From: an uncultured Flavobacteriales bacterium
GTDB taxonomy: Bacteria > Bacteroidota > Bacteroidia > Flavobacteriales > UBA7312
Length of the DNA: 55,183 bases
Assembly (NCBI GenBank): GCA_913041085.1
Contig: CAJWHN010000003.1
Location: 1-55,183 of the forward strand
Reading direction: 5' to 3'
The notes beneath the pieces are model-generated. The model worked only from the letters and a program-made list of their open reading frames with translations, was not told the origin of the DNA and searched no databases. A program made the position numbers and the translations under genes. Of the stretch, positions 28,005 through 37,392 are shown piece by piece (position 1 is the first letter of the stretch; each line of letters starts with the position of its first letter).

Positions 28005-31000
28005 TGAAAAAATATCCAGAATATAAACAGCTTGATTTATCGGCAATAAACAAAGAAGTACTTGCTCAGTGGCAGTCAAACTCAATCTTTGAGAAAAGTC
28101 TATCTTCAAGAGAGGAAAAGCCGTCATACACCTTTTATGAAGGACCTCCTTCAGCTAATGGTATGCCGGGTATTCATCACGTTATGGGACGAGCCATTAA
28201 AGATATTTTCTGTCGTTTTAAAACCCTACAAGGATATAAGGTTAATCGTAAAGCAGGATGGGATACTCATGGTTTGCCGGTAGAACTTGGCGTTGAAAAA
28301 GAGCTGGGCATTACTAAAGAAGATATCGGAATGACAATCTCTATTGAAGACTACAATAAAAAGTGTCGTGAAAATGTCATGAAATTCAAAAATGTTTGGG
28401 AAGATTTAACGGATAAGATGGGTTATTGGGTGGACATGAACGACCCATATGTTACATATGACAATAAATACATTGAAAGTGTTTGGTGGTTGTTGAGTCA
28501 GATGGACAAAAAAGGCATGTTATATAAAGGGCATACCATTCAGCCATTCTCCCCAAAAGCAGGTACAGGGCTAAGCTCTCATGAGCTTAATCAGCCTGGT
28601 TGTTACAAAGACGTTAAAGACCTTTCTGCCATAGCTCAATTTAAAGTTTTAAAAGAGGATAAATCAGACTTCTTGTTTTATAATTCTGCAGATGAGGTTT
28701 TCTTTTTAGCATGGACCACAACCCCTTGGACTTTGCCATCTAATACAGCTTTAGCAGTAGGTAAAAAAATAGATTACGTAGTCGTTAACACCTTTAATCC
28801 CTACACCTTTAAGGCAATTACGGTTGTTTTAGCAAAAGCTCTTTTCTCCAAGTATTTTCCAGAAAAAAACAAAGACTTTAAAATCTTAGAATATACTGGG
28901 GGAGACAAGTCTATTCCTTTTGAAATTATCCAAGAGGTTAAGGGCTCTGAATTAGAGGGTCTATGTTATGAGCAACTATTGCCTTATGCTCAGCCAGAGG
29001 ACGGAGAGGCCTTTAAGGTATTGATAGGCGATTTTGTAACGACTGAAGATGGTACAGGAATTGTTCACTTAGCGCCTAGTTTTGGTGCAGATGATAATTT
29101 GGTAGCTAAGCAAAACGGTATAGGCTCATTAACACTAGTAGATACTCAAGGTCGATTTGTAGATGACGTAACAGACTTTGCAGGCATGTATGTAAAAAAT
29201 GAATTTTACAACCAAGGTCAAGCACCAGATAAATCGGCTGATATTCAAATTGTCATCAAGTTAAAAGAAGAAAACAGATGCTTTAAGGCTGAAAAATACG
29301 AACACTCTTATCCACATTGTTGGCGTACAGACAAGCCCATATTATACTACCCTTTAGAAAGTTGGTTTGTAAAGACTACTGCGGCCAAGGAGCGTATGGT
29401 AGAGCTTAATAAAAGCATCAATTGGAAGCCCAAGTCTACAGGAGAAGGACGTTTTGGTAATTGGCTTGAAAACTTAGTTGATTGGAATTTATCTCGTTCT
29501 CGATTTTGGGGAATTCCTTTACCAATTTGGGTGACCGAATATGGGGAAGAACAAATCTGTATCGGATCAATGGAGCAATTAAAATCAGAAATAGAAAAAT
29601 CAATGCAAGCGGGTCTAATGCCGACAAACCCATTAGCTGATTTTGTAGTGGGCGATATGTCTGCCGAAAATTATGCCACCTTTGATTTGCACAGACCTTT
29701 TGTAGATGATATTATTTTAGTTTCTACCAGTGGCAAAGCTATGCGTAGAGAGTCTGACCTTATCGACGTTTGGTTTGATTCAGGCTCAATGCCTTATGCT
29801 CAATTGCATTATCCCTTTGAGAATAAGGAAATATTTGAACAATCCTATCCGGCTGATTTTATTGCAGAAGGGGTTGACCAAACTAGAGGCTGGTTTTTTA
29901 CCCTACATGCCATAGCAAGTATTTTATTTGATAGTGTAGCTTTTAAAAATGTCGTTTCTAATGGCTTGGTTTTAGATAAAAATGGCAATAAAATGTCCAA
30001 ACGCTTAGGTAATGCAGCCGATCCATTCGAGACTTTAGAAGAATATGGGGCAGATGCTACGCGTTGGTATATGATAAGTAATGCTCAACCTTGGGACAAC
30101 CTCAAGTTTGATTTAGATGGCTTAGCTGAGGTTAAGCGTAAGTTTTTTGGCACACTTTATAATACCTATACCTTCTTTGCTTTATACGCCAATATTGATG
30201 GCTTTAGCTATTCAGAAGAAGACATACCTTTAGAGAAAAGATTAGAAATTGACCGATGGATACTTTCAGAGCTCAATACACTTATTCAAGAGGTAGGAAA
30301 TTCTTTGGACGACTTTGAGCCAACCAAGGCAGCACGCACTATTCAGCTGTTTGTTAATGATAATTTAAGCAATTGGTATGTTAGACTGTGTAGGAGACGT
30401 TTTTGGAAAGGAGACTATGGCACGGATAAAATATCAGCTTATCAGACACTATATACTTGCCTAGAAACGGTAGCTATATTAGCCTCTCCTATTGCACCAT
30501 TTTTTATGGATAAATTGTTTTGCGACCTTAACCAAGCGACACAAAAAACCAAACTAGAATCCGTTCACTTAGCTCAATGGCCAAAGTCAAAGTCCGAAGT
30601 TATTGATACGATTTTAGAAGAACAGATGCGATTGGCACAAGACCTAACCTCAATGGTGTTTTCTTTAAGAAAGAAAGAAAATTTAAGAGTAAGACAGCCT
30701 TTGCAAAAAATGATGGTGCCTGTTCTTAATGATAAAGTTAAGAGTCAAATAGAGGCTGTAAAAGACCTAATATTATCAGAAGTTAATGTTAAAGAACTTG
30801 AATTTATGACTTCTGACTCAGGCATTTTAGTCAAGAAAGTAAAACCCAATTTCAAAACCCTAGGTCCTAAGTTCGGTCAACAGATGAAGGCTATTTCTCA
30901 AGCCATTTCTCAATTTACTTCTGAAGATATTAGCACTATTGAACAAGAAGAAAGTTACCTTTTAAATATAGAGGGTTCAGAAATTCAAATAGACCTAAGC

Positions 31001-31360
31001 GATGTCGTCATTACTACTGAAGATATTCCGGGTTGGGTAGTTACGTCTATGAATGGTAATACTGTTGCCTTAGATATTAGCCTTAGCGACAATCTAATAA
31101 GCGAAGGTTTAGCAAGGGAAGTAATAAACCGAGTTCAAAACCTTAGAAAGGATTTAGGTTTTGAGGTCACAGACCGAATAGAAATTAACTTAAGTGCTGA
31201 AGACAAATTAGCCAATGCAATTAACAATAATTTAAATTATATTTGTTCTGAAACTTTAGCTGATGAGATACATATTATACCCTATAATTCCTTAGAAAAA
31301 GTTGAAGAGATGGAGTTGATAGAAGGAGTATTTACAAGAATAGAATTATTAAAAAGATAA
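28004..31360 (+). CDS. ileS: Isoleucine--tRNA ligase, type 2
   Basis: EGPPSANGMPGIHH, GWDTHGLP, WTTTPWTLPSN, GTGIVH, KMSKR; long C-terminus with no zinc finger. Confidence 0.97.
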   Translation: MKKYPEYKQLDLSAINKEVLAQWQSNSIFEKSLSSREEKPSYTFYEGPPSANGMPGIHHVMGRAIKDIFCRFKTLQGYKVNRKAGWDTHGLPVELGVEKELGITKEDIGMTISIEDYNKKCRENVMKFKNVWEDLTDKMGYWVDMNDPYVTYDNKYIESVWWLLSQMDKKGMLYKGHTIQPFSPKAGTGLSSHELNQPGCYKDVKDLSAIAQFKVLKEDKSDFLFYNSADEVFFLAWTTTPWTLPSNTALAVGKKIDYVVVNTFNPYTFKAITVVLAKALFSKYFPEKNKDFKILEYTGGDKSIPFEIIQEVKGSELEGLCYEQLLPYAQPEDGEAFKVLIGDFVTTEDGTGIVHLAPSFGADDNLVAKQNGIGSLTLVDTQGRFVDDVTDFAGMYVKNEFYNQGQAPDKSADIQIVIKLKEENRCFKAEKYEHSYPHCWRTDKPILYYPLESWFVKTTAAKERMVELNKSINWKPKSTGEGRFGNWLENLVDWNLSRSRFWGIPLPIWVTEYGEEQICIGSMEQLKSEIEKSMQAGLMPTNPLADFVVGDMSAENYATFDLHRPFVDDIILVSTSGKAMRRESDLIDVWFDSGSMPYAQLHYPFENKEIFEQSYPADFIAEGVDQTRGWFFTLHAIASILFDSVAFKNVVSNGLVLDKNGNKMSKRLGNAADPFETLEEYGADATRWYMISNAQPWDNLKFDLDGLAEVKRKFFGTLYNTYTFFALYANIDGFSYSEEDIPLEKRLEIDRWILSELNTLIQEVGNSLDDFEPTKAARTIQLFVNDNLSNWYVRLCRRRFWKGDYGTDKISAYQTLYTCLETVAILASPIAPFFMDKLFCDLNQATQKTKLESVHLAQWPKSKSEVIDTILEEQMRLAQDLTSMVFSLRKKENLRVRQPLQKMMVPVLNDKVKSQIEAVKDLILSEVNVKELEFMTSDSGILVKKVKPNFKTLGPKFGQQMKAISQAISQFTSEDISTIEQEESYLLNIEGSEIQIDLSDVVITTEDIPGWVVTSMNGNTVALDISLSDNLISEGLAREVINRVQNLRKDLGFEVTDRIEINLSAEDKLANAINNNLNYICSETLADEIHIIPYNSLEKVEEMELIEGVFTRIELLKR

Positions 31361-31364
31361 AGAT

Positions 31365-31742
31365 ATGTCAAGCGAAAAAACCAGATATAGCGATTCAGAA
31401 TTAGAAGAATTTCGTCAAATCATACAAGATAAAATTGATAAAGCAGAAAACGATTTAGAGCTTATCAAGAGTGCTTATACAAACGATTCTAACAATGGAA
31501 CTGACGATACTTCACCGACTTTCAAAGGCTTTGAAGAAGGCTCAGAAACGCTATCTAAAGAAGAGAACGCTCAATTAGCTTTAAGGCAAGAAAAGTTTAT
31601 CCACAACCTATACAATGCTCTAAAACGTATTGATAATAAAACCTATGGAGTTTGTAGAGTTACAGGTAAGCTAATACAAAAAGAACGCCTTAAACTGGTT
31701 CCACATGCAACACTTAGTATTGAGGCTAAGCGGGCACAATAA
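31365..31742 (+). CDS. DksA/TraR family protein (single Cys, probably zinc-free)
   Basis: Coiled coil followed by ALKRIDNKTYGVCRVTGKLIQKERLKLVPHATLSIEAK. Confidence 0.88.
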   Translation: MSSEKTRYSDSELEEFRQIIQDKIDKAENDLELIKSAYTNDSNNGTDDTSPTFKGFEEGSETLSKEENAQLALRQEKFIHNLYNALKRIDNKTYGVCRVTGKLIQKERLKLVPHATLSIEAKRAQ

Positions 31743-31748
31743 GACTCC

Positions 31749-32333
31749 ATGTTAAAAAAGTCATCTTTACTTATTGCTTTTGTATTAATCCTAGACCAGC
31801 TATTAAAGGTTTGGATAAAGACAAATATGATGATTGGTCAAGAAATATATTTTTTTGATTGGTTCATCATACATTTTACCGAAAACAAGGGAATGGCATT
31901 TGGCATGGAGTTCGGGGGAAATCTTGGGAAATATATACTAAGTATTTTTAGAATAATAGCTATTGTTGCTATTAGTATTTATTGGGTTAAATTAGCAAAT
32001 ACTCAAGTTAAAAAAGGCATTATTTATAGTATATCCCTTATTCTTGCTGGTGCTATTGGCAATATGATTGATAGTGCTTTTTATGGTATGATTTTTTCTG
32101 AAAGTTATGGGCAAATAGCGACTTTTTTTGAGGGGGGATATTCTAGTTTCCTTCAAGGAAAGGTTGTCGATATGTTTTACTTCCCATTGATTAATGGATA
32201 TTTTCCCAACTGGCTTCCTTTTGTTGGGGGAAATCATTTTATCTTCTTTAGGCCAATCTTTAATATTGCTGATGCCGCTATAAGTACGGGAGTTATCAAT
32301 ATTTTGATTTTTCACCGTTCCTTCTTCAAATAA
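31749..32333 (+). CDS. lspA: Lipoprotein signal peptidase II
   Basis: DQLLK, ENKGMAFG, GAIGNMID, VVDM, FNIADA. Confidence 0.95.
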   Translation: MLKKSSLLIAFVLILDQLLKVWIKTNMMIGQEIYFFDWFIIHFTENKGMAFGMEFGGNLGKYILSIFRIIAIVAISIYWVKLANTQVKKGIIYSISLILAGAIGNMIDSAFYGMIFSESYGQIATFFEGGYSSFLQGKVVDMFYFPLINGYFPNWLPFVGGNHFIFFRPIFNIADAAISTGVINILIFHRSFFK

Positions 32334-33101
32334 TCATTGGTGTTTATCTATTAATTCTTTGTAAACTTTTTGAGCATTGGTGTTTCTGTAACTTTTTTTA
32401 GTCCAATATATTCTTCTAACAAATCCAAAAAGCTTGAACAATAACAGGTTGTACGAACTCACCCTTTTCCCTTTCCAGATTTCTGGGAAAGCTATGCCGT
32501 GCTTTAACATGTAAGGCCCAAAAATGGAAAAGCTTAATTCGCTGTTTTTTTCGTTATAAAAACTTTCAAAAGTTTTCTTATCTTTTGTTTTGTTTACAAT
32601 AGGCAATTTCCGTTTTGGAGAAATATCACAATGTTTTAGCGCTTTTTCAAAGTCTTCTTGTAAGTTTTCGAAGCGAATAATAAAACTACAATACGGAGCG
32701 GTAATACTTAGCCAATTATCAAAAGGAAATTCGTAATAAAGACTTAAAAAATCTCCGTAGCTACTATTATTGTCTCTCAAATATTTAGACAATTTGTAGT
32801 CCCTCATTTTAAGGTGACCACCATTTTTTCTTAATAATTTCTCATTACTAAAATTACCACTACTATTGTTTATCATCTTGGTATAATAGCTCACAGAAAT
32901 ATCTAATGGATTGCGAGCACAGGCTATTACCTTGTATTTTTTTTCTTCCTCTGTTGCTATCTTCAAAAAGTCTTGATAGATCGAATGTTTAGCAAGTATG
33001 GGCTTCCCATCGTATTGTTCGCACAACTCCATCGATATAGCTGTCGAGGCGGCCAACGGTAGACCTACAAAAACGTATTTATATTTATGACTAATAATCA
33101 T
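32334..33101 (-). CDS. Sulfotransferase family 2-like protein with divergent PAPS loop
   Basis: MIISHKYKYVFV start, RNPLD..VSYY, IIRFENLQEDF; GLPLAAST replaces HIPKTAGT. Confidence 0.65.
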   Translation of the reverse strand: MIISHKYKYVFVGLPLAASTAISMELCEQYDGKPILAKHSIYQDFLKIATEEEKKYKVIACARNPLDISVSYYTKMINNSSGNFSNEKLLRKNGGHLKMRDYKLSKYLRDNNSSYGDFLSLYYEFPFDNWLSITAPYCSFIIRFENLQEDFEKALKHCDISPKRKLPIVNKTKDKKTFESFYNEKNSELSFSIFGPYMLKHGIAFPEIWKGKRVSSYNLLLFKLFGFVRRIYWTKKSYRNTNAQKVYKELIDKHQ

Positions 33102-34081
33102 ATTAAATCATTCTTGTAAAGGTGTTCTGCAATTTGCACAGCATTAGTGGCAGCACCCTTTCTGAGGTTATCAGAAACTACCCACATATTTAAGGCCTTT
33201 TCTTGAGAGAAATCACGTCGTATTCGCCCTACAAACACCTCGTCTTTACCTTCGGCATAAATAGGCATAGGGTAGGTATTAACACCTGGATTGTCTTGAA
33301 CACTAACGCCCGGAAAATCGTGTAATAGTTGACGTACATTAGATAAATCAAAATCAGTATCAAACTCTACATTAACACTCTCAGAATGCCCCCCTTTGAC
33401 AGGCACTCTTACAGCTGTTGCACTAACCTCTATACTGTCATCTCCCATTATCTTTTTAGTCTCTCTAACTAGCTTCATTTCTTCTTTAGTATAACCATTA
33501 TCTTCAAAGACATCGCAGTGAGGCAGAGCGTTTTCGTGAATAGGGTAAGGGTATGCCATTTCTCCCTTAACTTCATTAATTTCATTTTCCAATTGTCTGA
33601 CGGCTTTTACACCAGTCCCTGTAATAGATTGATAGGTAGAGATTACCACACGTTTTATTGTATAAACATCGTGCAAAGGCTTTAATGCCATCAATAGCTG
33701 AATGGTGGAACAGTTAGGATTAGCAATAATTTTATCTTCTTTGGTTAAGGTATTGCCATTAATTTCTGGAATAATAAGCGCTTTAGTTAGTCGCCAAGCC
33801 GAAGAGTTATCAATCACTTTAGCGCCTATTTCTACAAAACGAGGAGCCCATTCTAAAGCTACATTTCCGCCAGCAGAGAATATAGCAAGGTCGGGCCTTT
33901 CACTTACAGCATCTTCTATAGAAATAATAGTTAAATTTTTATTTTTAAAGCTTAGGGTTTCACCAACTGATTTATAGGAAGCAACAACAAACAATTCACT
34001 TATAGGAAAAGAACGTTCTTCTAAAATCTGGAGCATAACCTTACCCACCATACCTGTTGCGCCTACAACTACTACTTTCAT
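33098..34081 (-). CDS. asd: Aspartate-semialdehyde dehydrogenase
   Basis: VVGATGMVG, DNSSAWR, ANPNCST, GHSE, DNLRKGAATNAVQ; start at MKVVVVG. Confidence 0.96.
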   Translation of the reverse strand: MKVVVVGATGMVGKVMLQILEERSFPISELFVVASYKSVGETLSFKNKNLTIISIEDAVSERPDLAIFSAGGNVALEWAPRFVEIGAKVIDNSSAWRLTKALIIPEINGNTLTKEDKIIANPNCSTIQLLMALKPLHDVYTIKRVVISTYQSITGTGVKAVRQLENEINEVKGEMAYPYPIHENALPHCDVFEDNGYTKEEMKLVRETKKIMGDDSIEVSATAVRVPVKGGHSESVNVEFDTDFDLSNVRQLLHDFPGVSVQDNPGVNTYPMPIYAEGKDEVFVGRIRRDFSQEKALNMWVVSDNLRKGAATNAVQIAEHLYKNDLI

Positions 34082-34155
34082 TTTATTGAATAATTTAAGC
34101 CAAAAATAAGGACTATATTTGAATTGCCTAGAACTAAACATGCTTATTTCGTTAC

Positions 34156-34323
34156 ATGAAAAAATTATTATTTCTAATATTTTACCCCTTTTGTCTGTTG
34201 GCTCAATTTAATGACGATTTTTCAACACTAGAAAACTGGACGGGTGACACCGACAAGTTTGAAATAGATAGTATATAACAATTGCACCTTTCGGTAGAAG
34301 CAATAACAGATAATGCTTTATAA
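34156..34323 (+). pseudogene. N-terminal relic of a secreted protein (resembles Bacteroidota lamin-tail-domain T9SS proteins)
   Basis: MKKLLFLIFYPFCLLA-QFNDDFSTLENWTGDTDKFEIDSI*QLHLSVEAITDNAL*: signal peptide, internal stop, then truncation at the uvrC promoter. Confidence 0.55.
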
Positions 34324-34343
34324 ATCCGTATTTTTGGAGCTTG

Positions 34344-36161
34344 ATGGAAGTTTCAGAAGACATAAAATCCGTACTACAGAACCTTAGTACTGAGCCAGGA
34401 GTATATCACTTTTATGACGCTAAAGAAGCTCTTTTATATGTCGGTAAGGCTAAAAACCTTAAACGCAGGGTGTCGTCTTATTTCAATCGTAAACACGACA
34501 GTTTCAAAACAGCTTATATGGTACGCAAAATACATCTTATCGAAACCCTAGTTGTCGACACCGAAATGGACGCCTTGTTGCTTGAAAATAACCTCATTAA
34601 AAAATACCAACCTCGCTACAACATCTTACTCAAAGACGACAAAACCTACCCTTGGATTTGTATCAAAAAAGAACCTTTTCCTCGAGTATTCTATACTAGA
34701 CAACTCATCAAAGACGGTTCTGAATATTTTGGACCCTACACCAATCCAAAAATCATTAGTGCTATGCTGAATTTTATTCGGCAGATTTATCCTCTAAGAA
34801 CATGCAAATATCATTTGTCTGAACAAAATATTCAAGCGGGTAAATTCAAAGAATGTTTGGAATTCCATATTGGAAATTGCTTAGCCCCTTGTATTGGCAA
34901 ACAAGACCACCAACATTACGAGCAAGACGTTGAACAAATACGCCAAATATTAAAAGGAAACATACGCTCAGTGGTTCAACATTTCAAAGCAGAAATGTTC
35001 AAGCTATCAGAAAAGATGGAGTACGAAAAAGCTCAGATTGTAAAGGAGAAGATAGAACAGTTAGAACATTATCAGTCTAAATCTTCCATCGTTAGCCCAA
35101 CCATTAATGACGTTGATGTTTTTAGTATTGTTTCTGACCAAGACTATGCTTATGTCAACTTTTTTAAAGTCTCTAGTGGTGCTATCATACAAGCCCACGC
35201 TATGGAGATAAAAAAGAAATTAGACGAAACAGACGAAGAACTTCTCTCTATGGCTATTATAGAAATTCGCCAACGTTTTCACAGTACATCTATGGAGGCA
35301 TTTTTAAATATCCCTATAGAGTCTAAGTGGCAAAACTTAAAAATTTCAGTTCCAAAAATCGGCGACAAATACAAATTAGTCAATCTCTGTTTTAAGAATG
35401 CTAAAAACATACAAAAAGACCGTATTCGTAAAAATGAAGAATTGCGTCATCGATTAGACAACAAAAGGGTGTTGGAGCAATTACAACACGACTTGCGACT
35501 CAGTTCAAAACCTCGTCATATTGAATGTTTTGATAACTCTAATATACAGGGCACCAACCCAGTGGCAGCTTGTGTGGTCTTCAAAAACGCAAAACCCAGC
35601 AAGAAAGACTACCGTTTGTTTAATGTCAAAACCGTATCAGGCCCTGATGATTTTGCATCTATGGAAGAGGTGGTATATAGACGATATAAACGCTTGATGA
35701 ATGAAGGTCAAGACTTGCCTCAGCTCATCGTTATTGACGGCGGTAAAGGACAGCTTAGCTCTGCTTTGAAAAGTTTAGAAAAACTAAACCTCCAACACAC
35801 TATAGCTATCATAGGTATTGCTAAACGATTAGAAGAAATATATTTTCCTAATGATAGTATTCCCTTATATTTAGACAAACGCTCCGAAAGCTTGAAAGTC
35901 ATTCAACGACTGCGGAATGAAGCCCATCGTTTTGGTATTAACCATCACAGAAACAGAAGAAGTAAAAACAGTCTAGGAACCTCATTAGATAATATCGTTG
36001 GAATAGGTCCTAAAACAGTCGACACCTTAATCAGTCATTTTGGTTCTGTAAAACGTGTTTTAGAAGCTCAAGAAGATGAACTCACTAAGCTTGTAGGTAA
36101 GCGTAAAGCACAGCTTATTTTGGAGAGGAAAAATCCTAACCCTAAAAAGTATAATTTTTGA
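34344..36161 (+). CDS. uvrC: Excinuclease ABC subunit C
   Basis: PGVY, YVGKAKNLKRRVSSYF, IECFDNS, IDGGKGQL, HhH GIGPK; TATTTTTG -7 element at 34329-34336. Confidence 0.97.
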   Translation: MEVSEDIKSVLQNLSTEPGVYHFYDAKEALLYVGKAKNLKRRVSSYFNRKHDSFKTAYMVRKIHLIETLVVDTEMDALLLENNLIKKYQPRYNILLKDDKTYPWICIKKEPFPRVFYTRQLIKDGSEYFGPYTNPKIISAMLNFIRQIYPLRTCKYHLSEQNIQAGKFKECLEFHIGNCLAPCIGKQDHQHYEQDVEQIRQILKGNIRSVVQHFKAEMFKLSEKMEYEKAQIVKEKIEQLEHYQSKSSIVSPTINDVDVFSIVSDQDYAYVNFFKVSSGAIIQAHAMEIKKKLDETDEELLSMAIIEIRQRFHSTSMEAFLNIPIESKWQNLKISVPKIGDKYKLVNLCFKNAKNIQKDRIRKNEELRHRLDNKRVLEQLQHDLRLSSKPRHIECFDNSNIQGTNPVAACVVFKNAKPSKKDYRLFNVKTVSGPDDFASMEEVVYRRYKRLMNEGQDLPQLIVIDGGKGQLSSALKSLEKLNLQHTIAIIGIAKRLEEIYFPNDSIPLYLDKRSESLKVIQRLRNEAHRFGINHHRNRRSKNSLGTSLDNIVGIGPKTVDTLISHFGSVKRVLEAQEDELTKLVGKRKAQLILERKNPNPKKYNF

Positions 36162-36400
36162 AAGTAGTACGATTAATACTATTTCTATCACTAGCTATCG
36201 TCTTTTTTTCTAATTGTTCAGAAAATTGCGAAGAAGACATTACTTTATGTAGTCATACACCACCAACAGATGAGTTATGTGCGGCCTATTTTGAAAGATG
36301 GTTTTATAATAGCGAAGAAAATTCTTGCGAACAAATTGGGTATAGTGGCTGCAATGAATGGGGCTTTGAATCTCTTGAAGCTTGTCAAGACTGCGACTAA
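36158..36400 (+). CDS. Small lipoprotein with BPTI/Kunitz protease-inhibitor domain
   Basis: TTG start, FFSNC lipobox-like site; C..P....CAAYFERWFYN....CEQIGYSGC..GFESLEAC..C Kunitz cysteine pattern. Confidence 0.8.
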   Translation: MKVVRLILFLSLAIVFFSNCSENCEEDITLCSHTPPTDELCAAYFERWFYNSEENSCEQIGYSGCNEWGFESLEACQDCD

Positions 36401-37392
36401 TTCAACCTGTCGGATAACAAGCGCATTTCTATTACAGGAGAAATCTTTTCATATAAAATGTGATATACTGCGATTGTAATAGGCATCTCAATATTGTATT
36501 GCTCGTTAATTTCTTTAATACATTTAACAGCATAATAGCCTTCAGCGACCATATTCATTTCTAGCTGTGCCGACTTTACAGAATAGCCTTTGCCTATCAT
36601 ATTTCCAAAGGTTCGGTTTCTACTGAACTGAGAATATACAGTAACCAATAAGTCACCCAAATAGGCGGACTCTTTGATATCCCTTTTTATGGGGTGTACA
36701 GTATCTACAAAGCGTTTGATTTCTCGTATGGCATTAGAGGCTAAAACGGCTTGAAAATTATCACCATAACCTAGACCACGGCAAACCCCTGAAGCTATGG
36801 CTACTACATTTTTTAGTACAGCAGCGATTTCAGTACCAAAGATATCTTCAGAAACATTGGTTTTAATGTATCGGCAAGTAATTTGCTCAGCAAACCATTC
36901 TGCTTTTCTAACATCTTCACATGCAACTGTTAAGTATGAAAGGCGTTCTAAGGCGACTTCTTCAGCATGGCACGGGCCTGTTATAACACCTATATTTTCA
37001 TAAGGGATATGATAGTTTTCGTGCAGATAATCGCCAATTATAGTATTATTCTCAGGCACAATTCCCTTTATGGCAGACACCACAAATTTATCTTTTATTG
37101 ATGCACTCAAAGACTCTAGTGTTCTTGCCAAAAAAGCCGATGGCACGGCTAAGACAATACAATCAGCGGCATCAACAATAGCATTAATATCAGAATCGAT
37201 AGTGAGTTTGTCAGGGAACAACTCGGCAGCACTAATGTAATTAGGGTTGTTGCCATAGCGTTTGATGTGGGCAATATTATCCTCGTTACGCATCCACCAA
37301 CTCACAGATTGTTGATTTTCTGAGAGCATTTTAACGATAGCTGTTGCCCAACTACCACCACCAATTACCGCTATATTTTTGAACAAAGACAT
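36397..37392 (-). CDS. gpsA: NAD(P)H-dependent glycerol-3-phosphate dehydrogenase
   Basis: GGGSWATA, KG, GPCHAEE, LKNVVAI, GDLLVT..S..SRN. Confidence 0.95.
   Translation of the reverse strand: MSLFKNIAVIGGGSWATAIVKMLSENQQSVSWWMRNEDNIAHIKRYGNNPNYISAAELFPDKLTIDSDINAIVDAADCIVLAVPSAFLARTLESLSASIKDKFVVSAIKGIVPENNTIIGDYLHENYHIPYENIGVITGPCHAEEVALERLSYLTVACEDVRKAEWFAEQITCRYIKTNVSEDIFGTEIAAVLKNVVAIASGVCRGLGYGDNFQAVLASNAIREIKRFVDTVHPIKRDIKESAYLGDLLVTVYSQFSRNRTFGNMIGKGYSVKSAQLEMNMVAEGYYAVKCIKEINEQYNIEMPITIAVYHILYEKISPVIEMRLLSDRLN

Noticed and set aside
34082-34141. Upstream extensions given in the ORF track for asd (also purN, lysS, pgk and the 272 and 12955 starts)
   Set aside because: Family N-termini, lipobox spacing and -7 promoter positions favour the downstream ATGs
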